From Demequinaceae bacterium (GTDB lineage Bacteria; Actinomycetota; Actinomycetes; Actinomycetales; Demequinaceae): DNA of 32,000 nucleotides. The stretch lies in contig OZ252279.1 in assembly GCA_965250005.1 (NCBI GenBank), positions 1,260,001 through 1,292,000 on the forward strand, given 5' to 3'. The notes under the pieces were generated by a model that saw only the letters and a list, made by a program, of their open reading frames with translations, was not told the origin of the DNA and did no database searches. Position 1 is the stretch's first letter. Each line of letters opens with the position of its first letter. This document shows, in pieces, positions 19,663 to 27,932 of this stretch. Position numbers and translations under genes: made by a program.

Positions 19663-22479
19663 ATGGGTCAGAGCGCTATCAGTCTCTGGACAGAACAGTC
19701 CAGTGACGCGGAGTTGATTGCCGGCGTACGCGCTGGCGAGTCGGCTGCGTTTGGCGTGCTCTACGAGCGTCACGGTCCCGCCGCCAAGCGGGTCGCGAGC
19801 ATGTATTCCGCAGTTGCCTCCGATGTCGACGACGTTGTTTCCGAGGCGTTCGCGCGCGTCCTCAAAGCTCTCCAGGAGGGCCGAGGCCCCGACCTCGCGT
19901 TCCGCGCGTACCTCTTCACCGTTGTACGCCGTACTGGTCTTGACCTCATCAAGAAGGGCAAGCGGGCACGGCCCGACGAGGACATGGAGTCTCACAGCGC
20001 GGCGATCGGCTACGAGCCGGCGAGCGACGAACCGACGCTGAATAACTTTGAGCAGGGAGTGGTCGCCGAAGCATTCAAATCACTGCCTGAGCGGTGGCAG
20101 ACCGTTCTCTGGTACACCGAGATCGAGAAGAAGTCACCGGCCGAGGTCGCGCCCCTGCTTGGGCTCTCGGCAAACGGTGTTGCCGCGCTCGCCTACCGCG
20201 CCAGGGAAGCTCTACGCCAGGCGTACTTGCAGCAGCACCTCGCGACAGCGGACGACGTGAATTGTGTTGAGGTGAGCGAGCACCTCGGGGGCTACGTGCG
20301 CGGCGGTCTAACGAAGCGCGAACACGCCAAAGTCGATGCCCACGTGGTAGAGTGCGGCCGCTGCGCTGCGCTCATCGCCGAACTCACAGATGTAAACCGT
20401 GGCTTGCGCGCCGTGATCGCGCCGCTCGCGCTTGGAATCCTCGGCATGGGTGCCCTGGAGTCCAGTCTGCCCATCGGCGGAATCGGCGCTGGATCCGTGG
20501 GTGCCGCAGGCTCGGTCGGCGCATCGGCGGGCACGGGCGTAGGAGCCGGAGCGACCGTCGGTGCCGGGACGGGTTTCGGCGGGGCAATGGCGGTCTTGTT
20601 CGGAACCGGCTCAGGCGTTCTCACGAGCATCGCCGCAACCATTGGCGTTGGCGCGCTCGTCGTCGCGACTGCGGGCGTGGTGGGCAACATTGACGCGATT
20701 GATTCCGCCGCAGATTCCGCTCAGCAGTCGCCTGTGGTGGTCGAAGCCGCGAGTGAAAGCGCTGTGACGGTTGTCCTCCGCGGCGAAAAACCGTTCGGTC
20801 CTCAGTCACTGACAGCAGGCCCGGCAGTTCCTGAGGGCGGCGTTTCCGTTCCAGGCAAAGTCCCAGAAGAACCCATCGAAATCATCACTATCGCCCCCGG
20901 GGCCGGCAGCACGGCCGACTCGGGCACGGGTGGAGACTCGGGCACGGGTGGAGACTCGGGCACGGGTGGAGACTCGGGCACGGGTGGAGACTCGGGCACG
21001 GGTGGAGACTCGGGCACGGGTGGAGACTCGGGCAGCGGCACAGGAACCGCAACCCTGGCGCTCGGAGCGGGCACGCTCAACTACATTGAGTTGGCTGCCA
21101 CCTCCCCCACGATCGCACTGAAGCTCACGAACTCGGGCGACGGTAGCTCAGACAGCCCCACCGTAGTCATCGCACTTCCGGCCGGCCTGACATTCGCTAG
21201 CCCGAGTGGCGGCGGCGGAAGCATCGGTCTGCACTCCGCTGAACGGCTCGGCGCGTTTGTCGGATTCGCTACTGGAGCGACGTTCGCCGTTGACGCCTGG
21301 TTTTGTGCGGTAAACGACGACGCAACCACGGCAACGTGCACCACCGACTCGATTGATGCATCGAGCGAGGTTGTTCTCACCCTCGACGTTGACGTTGTCG
21401 GGGCCCTCGCAGACGACGCGGTCACTACCTTCGACGTCGCTGACAGCAGCGGACTCGAAGAGTCGCTCACGGTCGCCACTGGAGTCGCGGCAGCAGATCG
21501 CAACGTCAACCTTGGGTACTACTACGAAGGCGCCTACGGTTACGTCATCTCTGGCACCACGCTTGTCGCGTGCGACTTGGACGACCGCGACTGTGAGAAG
21601 GCGATGGACTTCAACGGCAACGCAGTGAAGGCCGAGCACAGCAACGACGCCTGGACGGTCGAGGCGCTCAATGAAGACGGCGGAGCAACCATATCGAAGT
21701 CCACGATCGTCACAGTGCCGGCAGGTGCGGGCGTCGAGCGTGCCACGGTCGAGTGGTCTGTAAGTTCGCCAGCAGGCATCGGCTTCATCGGAGACCCGGG
21801 CTCAGCCAATATCCGCCCCGCAGGAGCGAGCGAGTTCACATCCATCACCGGAGCCACTGTCTCTACAGTGACCAACGCATCCGGCAGCTACTACATTGCG
21901 CGCGCCGACATCACCTCCTTAGTTGATGAGTACGGTAGCGGCGCATGGACGCTCGCAGATGTGGCATTGCCGCCCAACTTTGATGACGCCCACGCTGAGT
22001 TTGGAAGTTTCGCAGGCTTCGCGATCACCGTGATTTTCGAGAACGAGGACCTACCTCAGACGAAGATCGCGGTGTACACCGGCGACCACCTAGTAGCCGA
22101 CGGCACTCCGTTGGACATTCGCCTCGCGACTGAAACTGGCGGAACTGTCGAAGTGGCGACCATCACGTGGGACGGTGACCGCGGCGAGGATGGCGACACC
22201 GTCTCGCTCGACGGCGAGGACCTGAAGTCCATCCACTGGAACGGCTCGAACACGTCAACGGGAGACGACAGCAACGCTGGCGATTCGACCGCATTCGGCT
22301 CGGACTTTGCGAATAACCTCGGTACCGACGCGAAGTCCTTCAAGGTCGAGAACGTCGAAGAGGGAACACACCGGATAACTGCAGCGACGACTGGCGACCA
22401 GTTCATCGTCGGTCAAATACTGGTGGCCGTCATCGAGGACGAAGAAGACGATGATGATGGCGACGGTGACGACGACTAG
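19663..22479 (+). CDS. ECF-type sigma factor fused to a zinc-binding anti-sigma motif, membrane region, DSGTGG linker and large putative ectodomain
   Basis: ORF listed from 19582; ATG at 19663 is preceded by GAGGAGAGCG. Sigma region 2 (AFGVLYERHGPAAKRVASMYSAVASDVDDVVSEAFARVLKAL), region 4 (EVAPLLGLSANGVAALAYRAREALRQAY), ZAS motif HVVECGRC (20341-20364), hydrophobic segments, then a DUF11-like and a DUF3344-like region. Confidence 0.88.
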   Translation: MGQSAISLWTEQSSDAELIAGVRAGESAAFGVLYERHGPAAKRVASMYSAVASDVDDVVSEAFARVLKALQEGRGPDLAFRAYLFTVVRRTGLDLIKKGKRARPDEDMESHSAAIGYEPASDEPTLNNFEQGVVAEAFKSLPERWQTVLWYTEIEKKSPAEVAPLLGLSANGVAALAYRAREALRQAYLQQHLATADDVNCVEVSEHLGGYVRGGLTKREHAKVDAHVVECGRCAALIAELTDVNRGLRAVIAPLALGILGMGALESSLPIGGIGAGSVGAAGSVGASAGTGVGAGATVGAGTGFGGAMAVLFGTGSGVLTSIAATIGVGALVVATAGVVGNIDAIDSAADSAQQSPVVVEAASESAVTVVLRGEKPFGPQSLTAGPAVPEGGVSVPGKVPEEPIEIITIAPGAGSTADSGTGGDSGTGGDSGTGGDSGTGGDSGTGGDSGTGGDSGSGTGTATLALGAGTLNYIELAATSPTIALKLTNSGDGSSDSPTVVIALPAGLTFASPSGGGGSIGLHSAERLGAFVGFATGATFAVDAWFCAVNDDATTATCTTDSIDASSEVVLTLDVDVVGALADDAVTTFDVADSSGLEESLTVATGVAAADRNVNLGYYYEGAYGYVISGTTLVACDLDDRDCEKAMDFNGNAVKAEHSNDAWTVEALNEDGGATISKSTIVTVPAGAGVERATVEWSVSSPAGIGFIGDPGSANIRPAGASEFTSITGATVSTVTNASGSYYIARADITSLVDEYGSGAWTLADVALPPNFDDAHAEFGSFAGFAITVIFENEDLPQTKIAVYTGDHLVADGTPLDIRLATETGGTVEVATITWDGDRGEDGDTVSLDGEDLKSIHWNGSNTSTGDDSNAGDSTAFGSDFANNLGTDAKSFKVENVEEGTHRITAATTGDQFIVGQILVAVIEDEEDDDDGDGDDD
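20917..21024 (+). repeat. Tandem repeat, 6 perfect copies of an 18-mer GACTCGGGCACGGGTGGA (encodes DSGTGG), plus a partial seventh copy
   Basis: Six identical 18-nt units in frame, followed by GACTCGGGCAGCGGC. Confidence 0.97.
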
Positions 22480-22494
22480 CCTGCCTCTCTCTTC

Positions 22495-22537
22495 CAGTGA
22501 GTAGGGCCCCCGGCTATGCCGGGGGCCCTACTCACTG
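22495..22537. terminator. Strong bidirectional hairpin terminator
   Basis: CAGTGAGTAGGGCCCCCGGC-TAT-GCCGGGGGCCCTACTCACTG, perfect 20-bp stem with 3-nt loop between convergent genes. Confidence 0.85.
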
Positions 22538-22546
22538 CTGTTCGAC

Positions 22547-23539
22547 CTACGGTTGTTGTTTGGTGGCCTGTGCGTTGACTTCGTACGACGTGTTGGTCGC
22601 CTCGAAGAAGTTCACGAGTTGCAGGGTGTCGTTGGCTGCGGCCATCCACTTAGCGGGGTTCGAGACGTTGTAGTGAGCCTCGAAGCCAAGCTCCTCTAGG
22701 CGCCGGTCCGCAAGATACTTTACGTACTGGTTGACGTAGTCAGCGTTGAGGCCAAGGATCCCATTCGGGAGCAGGTCACGGTTGTACTGCTCCTCCATCT
22801 CGACCGCGCCGATGATCATGTTGCGGATCTCGTCGGCGAATTCGGGGTCCTGCAGGTCCTCGTTCTCTTCGAGAACGGTCAGGATCAAGTTTATTCCAAA
22901 CTGCAAGTGCAGCGACTCGTCGCGGATGACCCAGTCCATGAGCGATCCAAAGTTGCGGAGCAGGTTTCGCTGGCGGAATGACAGCGCGACCATGAAGCCC
23001 GAGTAGAACCAGATGCCCTCGAGGATCACATTGTAGGCCACAAGGTTACGGACAAAGTCCTTCTTGCCCTCGGTGGTGGTGATGTCGAGGGTGTCCTCGG
23101 CCATGCGCTTGATGTACTTGACCTCGAACTCTTCCTTGATCGCCATGGACGGTACGTCCACGTGCGAGTTGTACGCAGCCTCCCGGTCCAGCGGGAATGT
23201 CTCGAGTACGTACTCGAACGACATGCAGTGATTTGCCTCTTCCCACATTTGCTTCGCGAGATAGAGGTGGCACTCGGGCGCGTTGATGTACGGGTAGATG
23301 CCGAACGCGAGCGCCTTGTTGACGAGCAGCTCGTTCGGGTTGAAGTACGACATCAAGAACGTGATGGCGTGCTTTTCGTCATCCGTCATCTTCTTGAAGT
23401 CCGCGAGGTCCTCGCCCAATTGGATCTCGTTGGGGAACCACGTGTTCGCGACCGCCTGGTCGTACAGGTCCATCGCCCACGGATACTTAATTGGCTTAAG
23501 GAGCAGTCCGTCTTGAATACCGGTGCCGAGAATTCCCAT
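22547..23539 (-). CDS. nrdB: Class I ribonucleoside-diphosphate reductase beta subunit, subclass Ic-like
   Basis: 330 aa; metal ligand motifs NELLV (Glu70), EANHCMSF (Glu101, His104), LEGIWFYSGF, RDESLHLQFG; adjacent to nrdA. Confidence 0.95.
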   Translation of the reverse strand: MGILGTGIQDGLLLKPIKYPWAMDLYDQAVANTWFPNEIQLGEDLADFKKMTDDEKHAITFLMSYFNPNELLVNKALAFGIYPYINAPECHLYLAKQMWEEANHCMSFEYVLETFPLDREAAYNSHVDVPSMAIKEEFEVKYIKRMAEDTLDITTTEGKKDFVRNLVAYNVILEGIWFYSGFMVALSFRQRNLLRNFGSLMDWVIRDESLHLQFGINLILTVLEENEDLQDPEFADEIRNMIIGAVEMEEQYNRDLLPNGILGLNADYVNQYVKYLADRRLEELGFEAHYNVSNPAKWMAAANDTLQLVNFFEATNTSYEVNAQATKQQP

Positions 23540-23565
23540 GTTCTTCTCCTGGTTCTAAATGCCTG

Positions 23566-26500
23566 CTACTGGCAGGACTCGCACTGCAAGCGTTCCATGG
23601 GATCGACCGGGCACGCTACCCCGTCGATCAACTCGGTATCACCATCAAGCGACGCCACCGGGTCCAGTTCCAAAACTGGTAGCTGAACGGCACCCGACGG
23701 CGCCTCAACGACCGCTGGAACTACCTGTGCTGAAAATCCCACGGCACTCGGTTTGGATGGAGCCACGTTCTCGCGCACCTCAGGCGCAGTTGCCGGCTCC
23801 GGAAGTGACGTGGGAGGCACGGCAGGCTGCGCGGTCGGGGGCTTCGCGAACGCCTTGTTCGCAACCATGGAGAGGATCGACGCCGGTGCCGTCGAAATCG
23901 ACGACTTCCGCGGAGCCGAGTCATGTTCGGTCCCATTCACCTGGTCTGGCGCGACAGTTCGGATTTCCGCTGTCACCGTTTCCGTCAGATTCACATCAAC
24001 CGCGTCAACGACCTCGGTCCCCGTCACCGGTATGGTCCCCGTCGTGAGGGTGGCCTCCTGAGCGGCGACGGCTGGCGCCGCTGGCGCAACAGCCGCCGCG
24101 ACTGCGCCAGTATCTTTAGCGCTTGGTCCTGAGCCCGCCTTAGCGGCTCCAAAGCCTCCGAAGCCCTTGCGTGCTGGCCCAGGCGACTTAGTGGCCGTAG
24201 ACGGCGCCGTACCGGCATTGCCGGTGCTGTTGAGCTTTTCGGTCTTGTTGACACGAACCGTGGACTGTTCGGCAGTGTGGCGTGGCTTCATGTGGAGGTA
24301 GTACGTGGTCTTGACGCCACGCTCCCAGGCCGCCGAGTAGAGCGCCATCATTTCTTCAACGTCGCGTGACTCTAGGTAGATGTTGCGGCTGATCGCCTGG
24401 TCAATCCACTTCTGGGCGCGAGCTGCGACCTCAATGAACGCGTAGGGGGAGAGCTGGAACGAGGTCTTGTAGACCTCCTGCAGGTGCTCGGGAACTTCCG
24501 AGATCTGGCTCAGGTCGCCCTGAACCTCGAGGAGCCGATCCTTCACGTCCTCCCACATTCCCACCTTCTGGAGGTCCTTCACCAGGTTGCGGTTGACCTC
24601 GAGGAATTTGCCCGACGAGGTGGCGCGGCTGAATATCTGCGAGAACTGCGGATCGAACCCAGGCGTGGTGCCTGCGACAAGGCCGATCGATGCGGTGGGC
24701 GCGACGGCCATGAGGGTCGCGTTGCGGATGCCGCCCTTGACCTTTTCGCGCAGTGTGTCCCAGTCGAGGCGCATGACGCGGTCGACGGCGATGGGGACGC
24801 CGCGGTCGGCTTCTGTAGTCGCAATAGTGTCGAAGGGCACGAGTCCCTTTGACCAGCCGGAGCCTTCAAAGTTGCTGTACGAACCGCGCTCGCGCGCAAG
24901 ATCCGCGGAGGCGTCAATCGCGTGGAACGAGACAAACTCCATGATTTGGTCGATCAGCGAATAAGACTCTTCAGACTCGTACGCCATTCCCATGCGCTCG
25001 GTAACGTCTGTGAAGCCCATGACGCCAAGCCCGACCGCGCGGTTGGAACGGTTCGCGAACTCGGATTCCGCTACGGACGACAACGTGATGTCTACCAAGT
25101 TGTCGAGCTGGCGAACTGCCAGCCGCACGGACTTCTCCATGCGATCCCATTCGAGTTTGCCGTCCACAAAGTGCTCGGACAGGTTGACCGATGCCAGGTT
25201 GCACACCGCGATGTTCTCTCGGTCTTGCGGGAGACAGATCTCAGTGCAGAGGTTCGAGAGGTGAATGGTGCCGGTGTTGGTGTTGAGGGCACGGTTGTTG
25301 ATGGTGTCCTTCCACGTCAGCCACGGGTGCGACGTGGTCTGCAACATGACAAGGATCGACTTGTATTGCTCGCGCGCCTTCATCTTGGTGAAACTGCGTA
25401 CCTTGCCTGCCTCAGCGAGGTTGATGAGCTCTTGGTAACGCTCGGAAAACGCTGAACCGGTGAGCTCAACAAGGTCGGGCGCTTCGGCTGGGTCGAACAA
25501 GTACCAGTCCTGGTCTGCTGCGACGCGCTTCATGAACTCATCCGAGATCCAGACCGCAGTGTTGGCCGTGCGGGTGCGCCGGTACGGGTCACCGGAGTTC
25601 TGGCGCAGGTCAAGGAACTGCGCGAAATCCATGTGCCAGTTCTCCATGTAGAAGCACAGGGCGCCAAACTTCTTGCCGCCGCGGCTCACCGCACGCAGCG
25701 TGGAGTCGATGGTGTGCATGAACGGGATGGGACCGGTCGACGTGGTGTTGTTTGACTTGATGGGCGAGCCTTCGGACCGCAGCTTGGTGACGGACAGGCC
25801 GATTCCGCCGGTGCCCTTGGTGAGCCACATGACGTCCCGCACAGACTTCGCGATGTGCTCGATGTCGTCTTCCATCTGCATGACGAAGCAGTTTGAAAGC
25901 TGAGGGTAGGACGTACCTGCGTTCACGAGCGTCGAGCCCGCGGGAAGGTAGTCGAGCCGCGAGATCTTCTCGTAGAACTCGATGGCCATCTCAGTGGGGT
26001 TCGCCTCGTTCAGAGAGAGTCCCATGGACACGCGCATCCAGAAGTACTGCGGTACCTCAAGTGCCTTGCCGTTGCGGTCAGTGATCATATAGCGGTTGCG
26101 CATGGTCACAGAGCCGATGTATTTCAGCAGGTCATCACGGGTGTGGTCGACCGCCGCCGCGAGGGCGTCGAGGTCGAACAGTGTCCCGAGCCGCGCGTCG
26201 AGGAGGCCTTCTTCCACAGCGTCGCGGATGTAGCCTGGGAACCGCGCCTGGTGAAGCAGTGCGAGTTCGAGGTCGGACTCGTAGCCGCCGAGCACGCGCT
26301 TGTTGATCACTTTGCGCAGCAGGCGCGACGCGATGATGTCGAAGTCTGGGTCGTCCTTGACGTTTTGGACGGCGACGCCAATGGCGGCCTCGTCGAGCTG
26401 TTCGGTGGTGATTCCGTCGAACAACGTAATGCCGAGCTCGGTCGCCACCTGGGTGACCTTGGAGATCTGATCGTCCAGGCCCTCAGCCGCGCGCTCGATC

Positions 26501-26640
26501 GCCTTATTAATGCGGTCGGCGTTATAAGGTTCACGCGTGCCATCGCGCTTGGTGACGTGGATGCCTGTGTAGGTAGCCTCGACCGGTGCTCCGGCGTCGC
26601 CGTTGACCCTGGCCTGCGTTGTCGGATCAGTAATAGTCAC
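23566..26640 (-). CDS. nrdA: Class I ribonucleoside-diphosphate reductase alpha subunit with N-terminal ATP-cone and an extended C-terminal linker
   Basis: ORF listed to 26715; likely GTG start at 26640 (VTITDPTTQARV). IHVTKRDGTREPYNADRINKAI (ATP cone), SNLCTEICLPQ, C-terminal Cys pair QCESCQ. Confidence 0.95.
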   Translation of the reverse strand: MTITDPTTQARVNGDAGAPVEATYTGIHVTKRDGTREPYNADRINKAIERAAEGLDDQISKVTQVATELGITLFDGITTEQLDEAAIGVAVQNVKDDPDFDIIASRLLRKVINKRVLGGYESDLELALLHQARFPGYIRDAVEEGLLDARLGTLFDLDALAAAVDHTRDDLLKYIGSVTMRNRYMITDRNGKALEVPQYFWMRVSMGLSLNEANPTEMAIEFYEKISRLDYLPAGSTLVNAGTSYPQLSNCFVMQMEDDIEHIAKSVRDVMWLTKGTGGIGLSVTKLRSEGSPIKSNNTTSTGPIPFMHTIDSTLRAVSRGGKKFGALCFYMENWHMDFAQFLDLRQNSGDPYRRTRTANTAVWISDEFMKRVAADQDWYLFDPAEAPDLVELTGSAFSERYQELINLAEAGKVRSFTKMKAREQYKSILVMLQTTSHPWLTWKDTINNRALNTNTGTIHLSNLCTEICLPQDRENIAVCNLASVNLSEHFVDGKLEWDRMEKSVRLAVRQLDNLVDITLSSVAESEFANRSNRAVGLGVMGFTDVTERMGMAYESEESYSLIDQIMEFVSFHAIDASADLARERGSYSNFEGSGWSKGLVPFDTIATTEADRGVPIAVDRVMRLDWDTLREKVKGGIRNATLMAVAPTASIGLVAGTTPGFDPQFSQIFSRATSSGKFLEVNRNLVKDLQKVGMWEDVKDRLLEVQGDLSQISEVPEHLQEVYKTSFQLSPYAFIEVAARAQKWIDQAISRNIYLESRDVEEMMALYSAAWERGVKTTYYLHMKPRHTAEQSTVRVNKTEKLNSTGNAGTAPSTATKSPGPARKGFGGFGAAKAGSGPSAKDTGAVAAAVAPAAPAVAAQEATLTTGTIPVTGTEVVDAVDVNLTETVTAEIRTVAPDQVNGTEHDSAPRKSSISTAPASILSMVANKAFAKPPTAQPAVPPTSLPEPATAPEVRENVAPSKPSAVGFSAQVVPAVVEAPSGAVQLPVLELDPVASLDGDTELIDGVACPVDPMERLQCESCQ

Positions 26641-26786
26641 GTCTTCCCTCTCGTTCGGTCTCGGTCCCACCGAAGCCGGTCCCTTGCTGCTCTCAAAACT
26701 CTTCGCCGGGCACACAAGAAGCGGAAAACTAACCGCGCCACCCTGCGCTTAAGGCGTCCTTTGAAGATACAAAAAACGGGCCGAAA

Positions 26787-26802
26787 ACGCAACATCTAGG
26801 GG
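26787..26802. promoter_or_regulatory. NrdR-like box (distal half of a tandem pair)
   Basis: ACGCAACATCTAGGGG versus NrdR consensus ACACWATATATWGTGT; positioned upstream of nrdA. Confidence 0.5.
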
Positions 26803-26817
26803 CGTGTCGGCGATATG

Positions 26818-26833
26818 ACCCCTAGATATGGGG
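26818..26833. promoter_or_regulatory. NrdR-like box (second of a tandem pair)
   Basis: ACCCCTAGATATGGGG; starts exactly 31 bp from the first box; the two also form the inverted repeat ATCTAGGGG-N16-CCCCTAGAT. Confidence 0.5.
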
Positions 26834-26861
26834 GTTCCTGTTAACAAACCTGTGCATGCCG

Positions 26862-26888
26862 TGTGGACAACGCGGCGTGTCGTCCACA
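26862..26888. promoter_or_regulatory. Pair of inverted DnaA-box-like 9-mers upstream of nrdAB
   Basis: TGTGGACAA (reverse complement of TTGTCCACA) at 26862-26870 and TCGTCCACA (one mismatch) at 26880-26888. Confidence 0.45.
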
Positions 26889-27222
26889 ATCTGACTCCCG
26901 AATTGGGGACGATCCGCGCGCTGGCCTTCGAGGGCGTCTCGCGACGTGCTCTCAGGCATGACTCAAGTGTATCGCGAGGGTCTGACGCGTCTGAAGCCGT
27001 TTTCTAGGCACGGCCAGTCGAATCGAGAGTGGCGAGCCAGACTCGCACTACCCGCAGCGCTTGTCTCACCGCTGCTATCGCGCCACCAAACGCGGGCACC
27101 GCAAGAGCCAGGTGTACTACCACCAGGAGAGGAACGCCTACCGCAAGTCACGAGGCTATCGACCCGCTCAGGGGCGGTTCCACGAACGGTTCGAACACGT
27201 CGCTCATTCAGTGCGACAAGAA

Positions 27223-27861
27223 TCAGTCCACGACACCGTACAGCCGGTCACCAGCGTCGCCGAGCCCGGGCACGATATACCCGACTTCGTTGAGCTTCTC
27301 GTCAACACACGCCACAACCACGGCCACATCGGCCCGGTCGCCGACGGCCGTGCGAACCGCCTCTATGCCCTCAGGCGCCGCGAGCAGGCACACGCACGTG
27401 ACGTCCTTCGCTCCGCGCTCGAGCACGTAATCGATTGCCATGATGAGAGAGCCGCCCGTCGCGAGCATCGGGTCGATGAGGAACACTTGGCGGCCTGTCA
27501 GATCATCGGGCAGCCGGTTGGCGTACGTGATCGCCTCGAGAGTCGCCTCGTCGCGCTTGAGCCCAAGAAATCCGACTTCCGCGCTGGGCACGAGCCGTGT
27601 GATGCCGTCGAGCATCCCAAGGCCTGCGCGCAAGATCGGCACGATGATCGGCGCGGGGCGCGAAATCACGGTCCCGATCGTCTTCACGAGCGGCGTCTCG
27701 ACCTCCTTGGGCTCAACTCGCACGTGGCGGGTTGCCTCATACGCGAGGAGCGTCACAAGTTCGTCCACGAGCAACCTGAACGTCGCGGAAGGTGTGTTCT
27801 TGTCCCGGAGAACGGTCACCTTGTGGTCAATGAGCGGGTGGTCCGCAACGTGTACGCGCAT
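27223..27861 (-). CDS. upp: Uracil phosphoribosyltransferase
   Basis: ORF listed to 28032; likely start at 27861 ([23 protein letters not shown]). [39 protein letters not shown]. Confidence 0.96.
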   Translation of the reverse strand: MRVHVADHPLIDHKVTVLRDKNTPSATFRLLVDELVTLLAYEATRHVRVEPKEVETPLVKTIGTVISRPAPIIVPILRAGLGMLDGITRLVPSAEVGFLGLKRDEATLEAITYANRLPDDLTGRQVFLIDPMLATGGSLIMAIDYVLERGAKDVTCVCLLAAPEGIEAVRTAVGDRADVAVVVACVDEKLNEVGYIVPGLGDAGDRLYGVVD

Positions 27862-27932
27862 GTCAACACCGTACTCGCGCCACCGTGGCCCGTCACCCTC
27901 AGTCTCAGCGAGGCCGGGTGTATGTTTCACGA

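Noticed and set aside
20917-21024. Possible CRISPR-like array
   Set aside because: Direct 18-bp units with no spacers, in frame within a CDS; this is a coding tandem repeat.
22547-23539. R2-like ligand-binding oxidase (R2lox)
   Set aside because: Adjacent nrdA, retained Trp/Asp radical-transfer residues and an extended C-terminal tail favour a genuine NrdB despite Glu/Phe substitutions.
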